Positions 9,398 through 19,717 of a stretch of 64,000 nt of DNA are shown piece by piece. The position numbers and the translations under genes were made by a program. The stretch covers positions 124,001 to 188,000 of IMG/VR virus record IMGVR_UViG_3300037805_000644. One strand, 5' to 3'. The stretch's first letter is position 1. Each line of letters starts with the position of its first letter. The notes under the pieces were generated by a model that saw only the letters and a program-made list of their open reading frames with translations, had not been told where the DNA came from and ran no database searches.

Positions 9398-10086
9398 GCA
9401 CCGAGACCCCAGGCGAGAAGGTCGAACGCCTGCTCACCGCCCTCGGCGTCCACCGATCCCGTTCGGGGATCGGGGGCAAGCACGCCTACCCCATCGACAG
9501 GAACCCCGCGAAGCACCAGACGAGGATGGACACCCTCGAACGGATGAAGCGGTCCGTGTTCTGGCTTGATGGCCAGCTCCACTGCGACTGGTTTGAGATC
9601 TGCGGTGACAAGGACGCCATGTGCGCTTGGTTGATTGCCCATGACCTCTTGGCCCCCGGCTACCGGTACATCGGCATCAACAACAACCCCGCCATCATCG
9701 AGGGGAACAGGGCGGACTATGCACCCCTTGGCAACAAGACGGAGTGGGTCTGTGGGGATGCCGTGGAGTACCTGGGCGACCGGGACAGGCCAGGCATGGG
9801 AAAAGTAGGCATCGTCGTGTACGACACGACTGAGAGCCTGTGCGGTGACGCACTGCCCAAGACCCTGAGAGTCCTTCTGTCTTTCTCAGAGCACCAGAAA
9901 AAACGCCTGGGCGGCTTCCTCTTGGTGACCAACCACTCGATGCGGGGGAAAGGTGGTCAGATCGCACGGTTCGGGCGGATCCTCACGAAACATTGTGGCA
10001 GGGACATCCCGGAGAACGCCTACACCGAGTACATCGGCACAGACACGAAAGCCAAGATGAGGATGATGAGACTGACCTACGGTTGA
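9394..10086 (+). CDS. putative SAM-methyltransferase-like Rossmann protein (degenerate motif I)
   Basis: WFEICG / YIGINNN / WVCGDA / GIVVYD occur in class I MTase motif order; ATGA overlap with helicase. Confidence 0.45.
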   Translation: MSTETPGEKVERLLTALGVHRSRSGIGGKHAYPIDRNPAKHQTRMDTLERMKRSVFWLDGQLHCDWFEICGDKDAMCAWLIAHDLLAPGYRYIGINNNPAIIEGNRADYAPLGNKTEWVCGDAVEYLGDRDRPGMGKVGIVVYDTTESLCGDALPKTLRVLLSFSEHQKKRLGGFLLVTNHSMRGKGGQIARFGRILTKHCGRDIPENAYTEYIGTDTKAKMRMMRLTYG

Positions 10087-10133
10087 GGGGCCTCCCTCCG
10101 GCATGTGGTTGGGGCGTCCCCGAAACCTCAAGC

Positions 10134-11576
10134 CTAGCCCACCAACTCGCTGACCCTCCCCCTCAACCACAGCACATCCGCCCAAGGGTCGTCGTACCAG
10201 ATGACCAACAGCTTCAACCCCACCTCCGCAGCTCGACGGGCCTTCAACTCGTCGAGCGCCTTCCGACGCTCAAACTCCACCTCCGTCTTGTGCCAGTAAG
10301 GCACGAACTTTCGGTGCTGTTTCCCGTGGTATTCAATCACCAGGTTGCTGTGCTCGAACCGCCCGTCGAAATACAAGTGGTAGCCCGTCTTGGGGTTCAC
10401 GATCTCAGGGTGCCACCACTCCCAGGCGTAAGGCTCACCCAGGATCTCGGCGATGGAATCTAACACCCGCTTCTGCGTTGCCAGCCGGTTCCGTGTCGTC
10501 AGACCCAGATTCTTGCAGTACCGAAGCACGGACTGCCCTGAACACCCCAGACTGAATGCTGCCAGCGCCACCTGCACCCGTCCCTTGGCGTCCTTGAAAG
10601 GGGACAGATCCGCCGCAGTGAGGTGGAGCTTGTGCGTGGGGAACACCATCACCCCGTCAGCAAACAAGGGGGCGTTGGGGTACTTGGAACGGTAATCCAG
10701 TCCTGGGTGCTCTGCGCCTAAGAGGTGGCCTGTCAGGCTCAACCCCTTCCACCCACACTCTCGACACTCGACATAATCGGCAGGCTCCGCCTTCCCTTCC
10801 CAGTAAGCGGCATCCTCCTGGGATTTTTCCGCTGCTCGGCACTCAGGGCATCGATCATCGTGCAGCGAGCCAAAGAACTTAGAGACCTCACGGTCGCGCT
10901 CGCAAGAAGAACAGGTGATCAGCTTCACCCCCTCGTAAGCATCCGCAGGAAGCCCCGCACGAATCGCCTCTGCACGCGTCCCAATGAGCTTCCGGGCTCG
11001 GATGAGCACTCCAGGGTGCGCTGCCCTGTATTCCTTTGCTGTGAGCCCGTGAGCGGCCTTTAGGTGCCCCACAAGGCTGCGGGCACGATGCCCGCACTCG
11101 CGGCACACCACGTAGTCCTCGTCAGGGTCCAGGTCCATCCACAAGGCATCCTCGGAGTCCTGTTCATAAAGGATATGGGCTTCGTCCTCAGCCTCTCGCC
11201 GATGCCGAAAGTGACCTGACAACCCACGCACCCCATCCACCTTCTGCATGCACACCGGACACTCCCGGTCGTACTTGCAGCCGTCGCAGATGAGCGCCGA
11301 ACGCTGCACCTGGTTCGCCTTGAGTGTAAAGCTGCCTTGGCAGGTCTCACACACCACAAGTACGTCACGGAAAATGCGGTTGGTTGCAAGACCCTTGGCG
11401 GTCTTGGCTGCGGCCTTCGCCTGGAGGGTCTTGCCCCTCGCCTTAAAGGCAGTTTCCCCGAACTCACCCTTCCAAATCGGGCGCAGCGTGTTGGGACTCA
11501 TGCCCAGACGCTTGGCGACCGCCTTGAAGGGCTCATCTGTGTGGAAAGCTAAAAGGGCGGTTTGTCGTCGGTCCAT
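10134..11576 (-). CDS. multi-Zn-finger (Ros/MucR-like) protein with C-terminal Vsr/DUF559-like endonuclease; probable free-standing homing endonuclease
   Basis: DYVVCRECG..SLVGHLKAAHGLTAKEYR and related fingers; LYFDG..LVIEYHGKQH..DELK..GLKLLVIWY. Confidence 0.75.
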   Translation of the reverse strand: MDRRQTALLAFHTDEPFKAVAKRLGMSPNTLRPIWKGEFGETAFKARGKTLQAKAAAKTAKGLATNRIFRDVLVVCETCQGSFTLKANQVQRSALICDGCKYDRECPVCMQKVDGVRGLSGHFRHRREAEDEAHILYEQDSEDALWMDLDPDEDYVVCRECGHRARSLVGHLKAAHGLTAKEYRAAHPGVLIRARKLIGTRAEAIRAGLPADAYEGVKLITCSSCERDREVSKFFGSLHDDRCPECRAAEKSQEDAAYWEGKAEPADYVECRECGWKGLSLTGHLLGAEHPGLDYRSKYPNAPLFADGVMVFPTHKLHLTAADLSPFKDAKGRVQVALAAFSLGCSGQSVLRYCKNLGLTTRNRLATQKRVLDSIAEILGEPYAWEWWHPEIVNPKTGYHLYFDGRFEHSNLVIEYHGKQHRKFVPYWHKTEVEFERRKALDELKARRAAEVGLKLLVIWYDDPWADVLWLRGRVSELVG

Positions 11577-11617
11577 CGGGACACCTCCTAGCTAAAGAGG
11601 TTAGACCCAACGGTGGT

Positions 11618-11663
11618 TGATTTCAAGGGGTTTGGCTAGGAAAGCCCTAACCCCTTGAAATCA
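11618..11663. repeat. 15-bp perfect inverted repeat downstream of the sheath gene
   Basis: tgatttcaaggggtt (11618-11632) / aaccccttgaaatca (11649-11663). Confidence 0.85.
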
Positions 11664-11669
11664 TTGGGC

Positions 11670-14600
11670 TTACAAACTTGCCCGTAGGTGGAAAGTCAAA
11701 ACAATATAGAGGAGCGGAAACACAGGAGAATAGAACGCCTCCACCTCGGCCACCGTCGGGTCGTCAGCGGCCACGTTGGCCTTGACCCCCGTGTATGCCG
11801 AGATGATCTGCTGCTTCACCATCTGCTTGAGCATCATGGCGAGGCGGCCTTCGATCTGCGTCAAGATCCCGGGCAGGAACTTGATGCCGATGAACCGCTC
11901 CAGGACGGCCCGGCTCTGGCGCTGGACCTCATCGGAGATCATACGCACCGTCGGGACCTTCGTGAGCACGTTGCTCATATCGGTCGTCAGGCCGTGGCGG
12001 ACTCGGAGGTACGGCGGGCGCTCCTCCATGAGAATCACGCCCTTCTGGGCCACCTGGTTCATCTGAACCGCGTCGAGCCGGGTTGCAAGCTGGCTGAAAC
12101 CAACCAGGCGGCGACCCGTCCACGGGACAGCAACATCCACGTTCGGGGACACCACCGAGCCCGCGAGGGCCGCTGCGAGCATCGGGCCATCGACCAGGTG
12201 CTCCTTGGTGGTGTTGAACGCGTCGGTGAGCTGCACGATGGCCATGCTCGGGTACACGAGCCGCATGCGGTCCGAGTTCAAGAGCTGGGCCAGATCGCCC
12301 GCATCCTTGGGGGTGCGGCCTGCCGACATGCCGATGATGCTGGTCCGCTCCGAGCGGTACCGGATGCTCGACTGGATGCTGTTGGACCGGCTCAGGATCT
12401 GGTACAGCTCGGTCGAGTCGCCCCGCAACGGGGTGATGATGTCCGGGGTCACCTGACCGGGGAGGACGCCCTCCAGGTCGGTGATGGCATCACGGTATGA
12501 CTCGATGGAGGCGTAGTTGCTACCCTCCTCACGCTGGACCTGCTTGATGCCCACCAGGACGGCCCCGTTGAGGGTCGCCAGGAAGGACGCGAGGGTCACC
12601 GGGTTGTCCGGGTGGATCTCACCGTAAGCCGCCTCGATGGAGGCGACCTTGGTGTAGAACGCCGTCGAGAAGTCATCCTTGGAGTACGTGTACGTGGTGT
12701 AGTACACGTCACCGTTCAAGGGCTCATTCCCGCCTCGCTCATGGGTGCTCACCAGGGCCGTGTCACCGACTGCCATGCCCAGCGTGTTGGCCACCTTCAT
12801 CTCCAGACCCTTGAGGGCCAGGATAGGCAGGTTGGCATCCGTGCTGACGGTGCGGCTGATGCCGAACCGGAACGTGGCGTTGGCACCCGTCGGGTAAGCC
12901 ACCCAGGGGCCCGTCGGGTTGCTCTGCCAACCACGGGGGAGAACCGTGAAGGTCAAGCCCGTGACGGCATCCCGGTAGGTCTGACCCACCACACCATCGG
13001 AGCCGGTGCCGTTATTCAGCACCGAGTCAGCGGCCGAACCGGAACCCGTGGGCTGGTTCGAGGAGACGAAGAAGCCATCAAGACCGGCCTCACCGACCGC
13101 ACCATCGAGGTCCACGGCATCCACGCCCGTCCCAGGGAACAGCCAGGACTGGTTGACCACGGCAGCAACCGTCGGGTCACGCAGCTCAACGATGGAGCTG
13201 GTGCCGAGGCTGAGGCTCTGGAGGAACAGGAAGTCGTTACCCGCCGAGTCCTCGGCAACCCGGGCAAGACCCAGGCTGGCGAACATCTCGTTCGGGTTCG
13301 GGTTGACCGCCGTGAAGTCCAGGATCCAGGTGCCGAAGGTGGCGTGGCGGTTCTCGTTGAGAGCCGAAGCCAGTGCCTGCACCGACGGGATATCCCGCTG
13401 AGCAAGGTCACCCTCGGTGAAGCCCAAGACGCCTGCGCTGGAGCCACCGGTGATCTCCACCAGGGAGGTCACCTGCGACGTGGCCGAGCTGATCTCGATC
13501 CCTGCGCCAACCTGGTACACGATGCCATTGGCGAACACCGCTGCGGCGTTGGCACCAAACAGGGTGGTGGCACCTGCGATGGCGTCAATGACCTGATCGA
13601 GCACCGAGCCGTTGCCGGTACCCGATGCGGGGCCGAGGTCCGTCGCCGTACCCGCAGCCGAGGAGGTGAACTGCACCGTGATGGAGATCCCATCGAGGGT
13701 GAGTACCAGCTCATCATTGGCAGCTTGCACGCCCGTGCCGTCGTAGAACGTCACCTCGGGCTGGCTGGTGGCCACATCCTGACCGCCAGAGAACCCAATC
13801 TCACCCCGGAGGGTTGCAGGGGTGACCAGAGCCGAGCCGCCCGCGCCAAAGTCACCAGCCGCAAAACCGAAGCGGTCGAGTGCAGAACCTGCACCAACCC
13901 GCAGCTCGATCTGCTCCCCGTCTGCAATGCTGAGGAGCCCTGAGGAGGGGACCAGGCGGTTGCGGAGCGCCACATTGTCGTAAAGGGCACCCGAGGCACC
14001 CACCACCGAGAGCACCTTCGCCACGTCACCAGCACACACGAGGTGTGCCTGACCACTGGCGACAGCGGCACCGGCGGACCAGCCCAAGAGGAGGGCCAGG
14101 TTGTCCGCATCTGCGATGGCTGCGTTGATCAGGGTGAAGTACGCCTGGGTGTCGTCACCAGCCGCACGTACCTTGAGAACCATCCGACCGTCGGCATCTG
14201 CCGTAACCACGCAACCGGCACCGTCGAACGCGGCACCTGCTGCGGTCCAGCCAGCGGCGCCATTGAGGGCGGCCTCAATGGCGGGGGCCAGGTCTGCGGC
14301 GCTGGCGTAGGGGCCAGCACCCAAGGAGATGGCTGCACCGGGGGTGTATGTGCCCGACACGTCACCCACGTAGGTGAACAGGATGTCGCTGAAAGCGGTC
14401 AGGTCCACAGGACCGTTGACCCGCGTGGCACCCTTGTACTGGGCCATGGACTCGGGGTTGTAAACCCGCATCCCGGAGCCGCCGCCCACGTCCGAGGCAG
14501 CGCCCGACCAAGCAGCGACCGTAGCCGTGCGGGTGGCCGAAACATAGCTGGTGATGGTGCGAACATCCCCGGCCCCTGCGGCCATGGCGGGGATGCCGCT

Positions 14601-16973
14601 CACGTCCCCGACAACGACCTCCCAGTTCTCGAAGTACCCGTTGATACCCGAGCCCGGCACCGTCACCGGGATGAGGAACGTGGTCGCGGAACCACCGGCA
14701 TCCGAGCTGAGCTGGACACCGTTGGCGGCCTCGTTGACGGACTCGATGAGGTCGGATGCCGTGGAGGCATTCTGGGCCGGGATGGTTACCGGGACCTCAA
14801 CACCGTCAATGTAAAGGACCAGGTCCTCATTGGCTGCCAGGCTGTAGCTCTGGCCGATGGTGGCACCCGTGCCGCCGTCATAGTCAATCTGCTCACCGAC
14901 CAGGTTGGCCGGGGCACCACCGCTGTGGGTGGTGGGGTTGGTCAGGGGGATACCGCTGACACCCGCGTTCAGCTCGGTGTTATCCAAGCGGATGCGTACC
15001 CGGTCGGACTGGCTGGTGATGAACTCGTAGGGGCTGGCACCAGGCACAGCGAACCGGGCGGGCGTGGCGTCCTTCGACTCGAACTGAACCGTGACGATCT
15101 CATCCACAGGGCCAGTGAACAGGTCACCACCCACGCCCTCGAAGCGGGCGTCCGGGCTCAGCTCAGAGCCCGAAGGCCACTCAACGCTCACACCGAGGAG
15201 GGCAGAACCCTTGTCGCCGGTCGAGAACCCGACGTTGCGGACGGGGCTGCCAGCCTCATCCTCAATGGTGTACTGGCCCGTGCCGCTGGCCCCGATGAGG
15301 CTGGCGGTCAGGGTGTACTCATTGTCGGTCAGCGAGTTGTAGTAGAAGCTGGCGTAAACCGTGGCGCCCGTGGGCACCTCAGCGGCCAACTCGATGATGT
15401 TGCCCTCGACCTTGGTGACCGTGACGGCACCGCGATCCAAGGCGTCCTGCACACCGTAGCCCCAGTATGCATCCACCACATCAGGTCGGTTGACCGGCTG
15501 GTCAATGCGGCCGTTGGAGACGGTCTGGAACAGGCTGGCACCCAGAGGGGTGTTGCGGCCGTTGCCCAAGGTCGGGTCGAATGGAAGCTGGAACAGCTTC
15601 TTGCTCTCAACGGCGGAGCCGCCGGAAGCCTGAACCACCGAGGAGCAGGTGCTCAGGAAAGTCTTGTCATCCACCAGGGTGCCGCTGACCTGGGTGTCGT
15701 CGAACAGCTCAGACCCGGCACTCGTGTTGTCAGCCTCCACCGTCCAGGCGGTGCCCCAGAGGATCTTGTCATCCTTGAGGATGAAATCCGCGCCCTGGTT
15801 GAAGCCGGTGCCGTCAGGCACCTCACCGAGAGCGTTCACCTCAACCACGCTGTTGTGGGCGAGGTAATCGAAGGTGTTCTCCCAGGAGTTGAACCAGTAC
15901 GTCGCTGCTACCGTGGCGCCCGTTGCCGGGGCCTGGGGGAGGGTGATAGCCCGGGTGGAGCCATCCACGCTGGTCGGAATGACCTGGACGCCGTCCACCT
16001 TAACGGTGACGTGGCTCGGGTCGGTCGTGGTCACGCCGCCGTTGGTGCCATCCACGAGGGGGCCCTGGAAAGCGTAAAAGGTCTTGCGGCGGCTGGTGGT
16101 GGCACCTGAGAGCAAGCCCAGGTCCTGGTTGGCCGAGCCGCTGCCGATGGTGATGTCGTTGTCTGCCGACAGGCTCAAGGCACTCTTGCCGAAATGATTG
16201 ATGAAGGTGCCACCCACCAGCGAGCCCAGAGGAGCCGAGCTGATGAGGTTGGAGACCTGCTGCACCGTGTAGGAACCTGCCGTCAGCTCAACGCTGTACT
16301 CGGTGCCGTCCACGGTGGCGATCAGGACGTTGTTGCCGGGGGTGACGACATTGCCGTCCCCATCGAGCACGTCAGCACGCAGGGCGACGACCTCGGTGCC
16401 GGCATCTTGGGCGTTCACGTCGGAGATGCCCGAGATCGCCAGGATGAGGGCGGTGTCCACAGAGACCTGGTCGCTCAAGTCGTCGGTGACGAGCGTGTCG
16501 GTGCGGTTGAAGAAGTACGTGATCCGCACATCATCCGTCGCCAGGGGGGCCTGGGCCAGCTCCACGATGCCGTTGGCACCGTCCACCGACAGGACCACGA
16601 TGGGGAGCCCGTTGATGGTGGCGGAGACATCGGATCGGCTGTTCGTGATGGTCCCGTTACCGGAGCCGTTCACGAGAGGCAGGTCACGAACCTGGAGCCG
16701 GGTGAGCACGCCATCCCAGTTGCCCAGGGTGATCTCACCGGTACCTGAGATCGCAGCGACGGCGCGGCCGGAGGTGTCCTCCTTGACCTTGCGCTGGTCG
16801 ATGGTGGCGGAGCTACCGCGAACCACTTCGAGGTTCCGCTGAACCAGGAACTCGTTGCCCTCGCCAATGAAGACGGGGATCTTGATGGTGTCGAGACCAC
16901 CCTGAATGGGGTTCTCAAACTGCGTCCGGGAGTACGGAGCGGGAGGGGCGTAGTTGTTGCCGGGGAAAGCCAT
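11670..16973 (-). CDS. contractile tail sheath protein, very large (1767 aa)
   Basis: N-terminal YAPPAPYSRT..IPVFIGEG; sheath C-terminal domain (VRHGLTTD..VRMISDEV..FIG..VEAFYSPVFPLLYIVLTF). Confidence 0.9.
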   Translation of the reverse strand: MAFPGNNYAPPAPYSRTQFENPIQGGLDTIKIPVFIGEGNEFLVQRNLEVVRGSSATIDQRKVKEDTSGRAVAAISGTGEITLGNWDGVLTRLQVRDLPLVNGSGNGTITNSRSDVSATINGLPIVVLSVDGANGIVELAQAPLATDDVRITYFFNRTDTLVTDDLSDQVSVDTALILAISGISDVNAQDAGTEVVALRADVLDGDGNVVTPGNNVLIATVDGTEYSVELTAGSYTVQQVSNLISSAPLGSLVGGTFINHFGKSALSLSADNDITIGSGSANQDLGLLSGATTSRRKTFYAFQGPLVDGTNGGVTTTDPSHVTVKVDGVQVIPTSVDGSTRAITLPQAPATGATVAATYWFNSWENTFDYLAHNSVVEVNALGEVPDGTGFNQGADFILKDDKILWGTAWTVEADNTSAGSELFDDTQVSGTLVDDKTFLSTCSSVVQASGGSAVESKKLFQLPFDPTLGNGRNTPLGASLFQTVSNGRIDQPVNRPDVVDAYWGYGVQDALDRGAVTVTKVEGNIIELAAEVPTGATVYASFYYNSLTDNEYTLTASLIGASGTGQYTIEDEAGSPVRNVGFSTGDKGSALLGVSVEWPSGSELSPDARFEGVGGDLFTGPVDEIVTVQFESKDATPARFAVPGASPYEFITSQSDRVRIRLDNTELNAGVSGIPLTNPTTHSGGAPANLVGEQIDYDGGTGATIGQSYSLAANEDLVLYIDGVEVPVTIPAQNASTASDLIESVNEAANGVQLSSDAGGSATTFLIPVTVPGSGINGYFENWEVVVGDVSGIPAMAAGAGDVRTITSYVSATRTATVAAWSGAASDVGGGSGMRVYNPESMAQYKGATRVNGPVDLTAFSDILFTYVGDVSGTYTPGAAISLGAGPYASAADLAPAIEAALNGAAGWTAAGAAFDGAGCVVTADADGRMVLKVRAAGDDTQAYFTLINAAIADADNLALLLGWSAGAAVASGQAHLVCAGDVAKVLSVVGASGALYDNVALRNRLVPSSGLLSIADGEQIELRVGAGSALDRFGFAAGDFGAGGSALVTPATLRGEIGFSGGQDVATSQPEVTFYDGTGVQAANDELVLTLDGISITVQFTSSAAGTATDLGPASGTGNGSVLDQVIDAIAGATTLFGANAAAVFANGIVYQVGAGIEISSATSQVTSLVEITGGSSAGVLGFTEGDLAQRDIPSVQALASALNENRHATFGTWILDFTAVNPNPNEMFASLGLARVAEDSAGNDFLFLQSLSLGTSSIVELRDPTVAAVVNQSWLFPGTGVDAVDLDGAVGEAGLDGFFVSSNQPTGSGSAADSVLNNGTGSDGVVGQTYRDAVTGLTFTVLPRGWQSNPTGPWVAYPTGANATFRFGISRTVSTDANLPILALKGLEMKVANTLGMAVGDTALVSTHERGGNEPLNGDVYYTTYTYSKDDFSTAFYTKVASIEAAYGEIHPDNPVTLASFLATLNGAVLVGIKQVQREEGSNYASIESYRDAITDLEGVLPGQVTPDIITPLRGDSTELYQILSRSNSIQSSIRYRSERTSIIGMSAGRTPKDAGDLAQLLNSDRMRLVYPSMAIVQLTDAFNTTKEHLVDGPMLAAALAGSVVSPNVDVAVPWTGRRLVGFSQLATRLDAVQMNQVAQKGVILMEERPPYLRVRHGLTTDMSNVLTKVPTVRMISDEVQRQSRAVLERFIGIKFLPGILTQIEGRLAMMLKQMVKQQIISAYTGVKANVAADDPTVAEVEAFYSPVFPLLYIVLTFHLRASL

Positions 16974-17172
16974 CTCTTGACCTCTTTGGTAGTCAGATTG
17001 TCCAGCTCAAAGGCTCATCGGTGCTTGCTTCATCTCACCCTCCCTCTAGGGGAGGCGTTCCGAGGATCCCCTCGGCAGCCCAACTGAGTTCTGCTTTGCT
17101 GTCTATCTGACCACCGCACGGGGCGGGGATGGCTTTCGGAGAACAAGAGCCCTCCTCTGATAAGCCTGGGGT

Positions 17173-17187
17173 ATAGGGGAGCTATCG
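17173..17187 (-). promoter_or_regulatory. class II promoter-like motif CGAT-N7-CTAT
   Basis: CGATagctcccCTAT, about 200 nt upstream of the sheath ATG. Confidence 0.65.
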
Positions 17188-17366
17188 ACCCAGCCGTGAA
17201 CCTTCATCCTGAGACTCGCCCTCAACCGGAAAGAAAGTCATCTTTCTAATGCCGGTCAGGCGAAGCCGCACCACGCCCACCTTCTTGAGGATCAGAGGTG
17301 CATCGTCAACCCAGCCGTCCGCCTCGGTCGCCAGGGAGCTGGGCGGGGGCAAGAGAATCGGGTCGC

Positions 17367-17702
17367 TCATTCCTCTTGCCCCCTGTCGAATCGAGCCCGG
17401 AGCCGTCGGTACTCTGCGTGGTCCTGAGCTTCCTTCTCCGCCAGGGCCTCAGCAGCCTTACGTCCCCGGAATGCCTTTTTCGCCTCAGCGAGATCGAAGG
17501 GGACCTTGTCGCCCACGGGGTAAACGTAAACCTCATCCACGCTGGACTCATCGTTACCCAGGCGGTCTCCCTCTTCCAGAAAAGCATGTACCTCCTGGTG
17601 CAGAGTCTCAGGAGTGGCCTCCACAAAATCGAAAGCCTGGCCACACCCAATGGTGTAGTCGCACCCACCATTTTGCTCCATAATCACAATGTACTGCATC
17701 AC
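17367..17702 (-). CDS. hypothetical protein
   Basis: Overlaps stop of upstream Zn-ribbon gene; GGCDYTIGCG motif. Confidence 0.7.
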   Translation of the reverse strand: MMQYIVIMEQNGGCDYTIGCGQAFDFVEATPETLHQEVHAFLEEGDRLGNDESSVDEVYVYPVGDKVPFDLAEAKKAFRGRKAAEALAEKEAQDHAEYRRLRARFDRGQEE

Positions 17703-18130
17703 GGATTCTTCTTCCCCAGGCCCTTCTTCATGGCCCGGCTGTTGATGACGTTTGCCCGCACGGCAAACCCCTTCTCGTCTTTGGTGATCGTCCGGTACTG
17801 GCCGTCAGGGTCCCGGGTGATGAGGTTGGGGTCAGCCCCGTCCCGCACCAGCCGCCGCTTCGCTTTCTGACGCTCCTCGATGACCGCCATGCTCTGCTCG
17901 GTGGACTTGCCAATCACCCGGTCGATGTGGGTGTCCAGGCCGTGGATGCCCGTGTTCTGGGGGCCGGGCCCATCCACGTCCTTATTGAAATGCCCACTCA
18001 CGGTGTTAGGCATGGCCCGAGGGGCGGCCTCGTCGCAGCCGGGGCAAGGCATCGGGTCCTTGGACTTGGACGCCTTGTTGGCGGCAGAGAACTGCACGCC
18101 GCATTCGCATTGGTACTTGTAAGTGGGCAA
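17699..18130 (-). CDS. FmdB-family Zn-ribbon protein
   Basis: MPTYKYQCECG..CPGC; TTG start with GGAG RBS. Confidence 0.8.
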   Translation of the reverse strand: MPTYKYQCECGVQFSAANKASKSKDPMPCPGCDEAAPRAMPNTVSGHFNKDVDGPGPQNTGIHGLDTHIDRVIGKSTEQSMAVIEERQKAKRRLVRDGADPNLITRDPDGQYRTITKDEKGFAVRANVINSRAMKKGLGKKNP

Positions 18131-18226
18131 TTGGATCTCCAGGGCGGTTCCTGGCCTATCGTACCCCGCTGGGGTAACAACCTACCCCTTTCAGAGTAAG
18201 GGGTAAGGACTGACCGGAGGGTTCAA

Positions 18227-18472
18227 TTGGAACGGAATAGCAAACTGGGGAAGATGCTCAGGCAAACCACAGAGCTTGCCTGGGAGCGAAGGGCCAAATC
18301 TGCGGAGGAGTGGGCGAAAGCAGCAGAGGTCAGGCTGGTGGCGGCTCATGCTCGGGCGGAAACCTTTAAGGGTGAACTCGGCACTACCCGGCGCTTGAGC
18401 CTGACACTGGTGCTCCTGGTGATCCCCCTCAGTGCCGAAATGCTCCTGCGGGGGCTAGGCTGGGTGGGCTAA
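18227..18472 (+). CDS. small coiled-coil protein with C-terminal TM
   Basis: Preceded by a class II motif (18145-18159), a class I variant (18173-18199) and GGAGG. Confidence 0.55.
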   Translation: MERNSKLGKMLRQTTELAWERRAKSAEEWAKAAEVRLVAAHARAETFKGELGTTRRLSLTLVLLVIPLSAEMLLRGLGWVG

Positions 18473-18475
18473 CCC

Positions 18476-19684
18476 TCAACGGATAATGGGGTACCCTCGC
18501 CCGACCTGGTAAAAGGGGTCCTGCACAGACTCAAGGCCCAACCCCACCTTGGCTTTGATGTTCCCCTCATGTCCGTCCAGCTCATCATCGGACAAGGAGG
18601 CGATGTAGTTGGCTTGCTCTTGCGTCAGGGGGGTGGCCTGGCGCAGGGAGACGTTCAGTGGCACAAAGGCTGCCCACTCCGTCTCGACGTTCAGAGAGAA
18701 GCTGGAGTTGAAGAAATAATCGTTCCCCGTCTCATCATAGATCTCCTCAGACTCCCCCCCAATGCTGATGTTCATGACCTCCAGGCCCTCCGAGGAGAGC
18801 CGCCCGCGAGCCGAGCCAAACAGGTACATCACCGAGTTGTCGGCGATCTCCCGCTGGTCGTAAACGTCTCGGGCAAACACCTCGAACTCCATGGCCATCT
18901 CCCACCGACCCCCGTACTCCATGGCAGAGGCCATGCGGGTGGCCTCCACGACCACGGCAAGCTGGTCCTTATCCTGCACCCTCCGACCAAACGCCAACAC
19001 CACGCCGGGGATGGCGGTGTTGTTGGCGTGACGCTCTCGGATGGGGTAAGGGCCACTGCTCTCGGCCACATAACGGTAATCGGCCTGGATCCAGCGGCCA
19101 TTGCTCAAGGGGGTGTTGAAATTGACGACACCGGTGGGTGCCCCGGAACCAGGGTCGGTCTCCAAGGTGTAATTGGTACCTGCCACCAGCTTGTACCGGG
19201 CGGGCATCTCGTACAGCCTGAGAGACCCGCTCAGTGGTGGGGTCTGTAGCATCCCGGTGGTGGCGTCCGTCATCATCACCTGCTCTTGGTAAGCATTGAG
19301 GAGGGGGTCCACATAGAAGACGTTCTTGTTGTTCTCTTCCCGTACATCTAGGTAATAGACGCCAGGGGGGCTGGGGAAAGTGCCCCCGTTCGCCTGGATG
19401 GCCCTGCCGTCCTCACGGACCCACTCCACGGAATACCCAGGCTTGTTGTTGGCCTTGGCCAGGTGGCAGTGGCTGTAAATGATGCCCTTGTAGTTGTCCG
19501 CTGAGAGAGGGGAGTGCGTCCCCCCAGTGGACTTAACGACGATGCCCCTCTGGGGGCGCTCCCGGAAGCTGTACTTGCCCTGGATGTTCTCGGGCAGGTC
19601 TTCAAACTTGGGGTGTGTCGTCCAGTACGTGCGGAGTTCCTGGGTGAAACGCCGGGTCAGGTAATCGGTGAGGTGGAAAAACAC
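18476..19684 (-). CDS. virion structural protein, tail-terminator/tail-completion-like
   Basis: Position near sheath; YGGRWEMAMEFEVFARDVYDQREIAD; class II motif upstream. Confidence 0.5.
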   Translation of the reverse strand: MFFHLTDYLTRRFTQELRTYWTTHPKFEDLPENIQGKYSFRERPQRGIVVKSTGGTHSPLSADNYKGIIYSHCHLAKANNKPGYSVEWVREDGRAIQANGGTFPSPPGVYYLDVREENNKNVFYVDPLLNAYQEQVMMTDATTGMLQTPPLSGSLRLYEMPARYKLVAGTNYTLETDPGSGAPTGVVNFNTPLSNGRWIQADYRYVAESSGPYPIRERHANNTAIPGVVLAFGRRVQDKDQLAVVVEATRMASAMEYGGRWEMAMEFEVFARDVYDQREIADNSVMYLFGSARGRLSSEGLEVMNISIGGESEEIYDETGNDYFFNSSFSLNVETEWAAFVPLNVSLRQATPLTQEQANYIASLSDDELDGHEGNIKAKVGLGLESVQDPFYQVGRGYPIIR

Positions 19685-19717
19685 GGGTAGCCTCCAAAGT
19701 CCTACAGAGAGGACTGG

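Noticed and set aside
11688-16842. Long plus-strand ORFs antisense to the sheath gene (e.g. 14043-16109, 12612-13943)
   Set aside because: Shadow ORFs expected from GC-rich codon bias; no RBS or recognisable motifs
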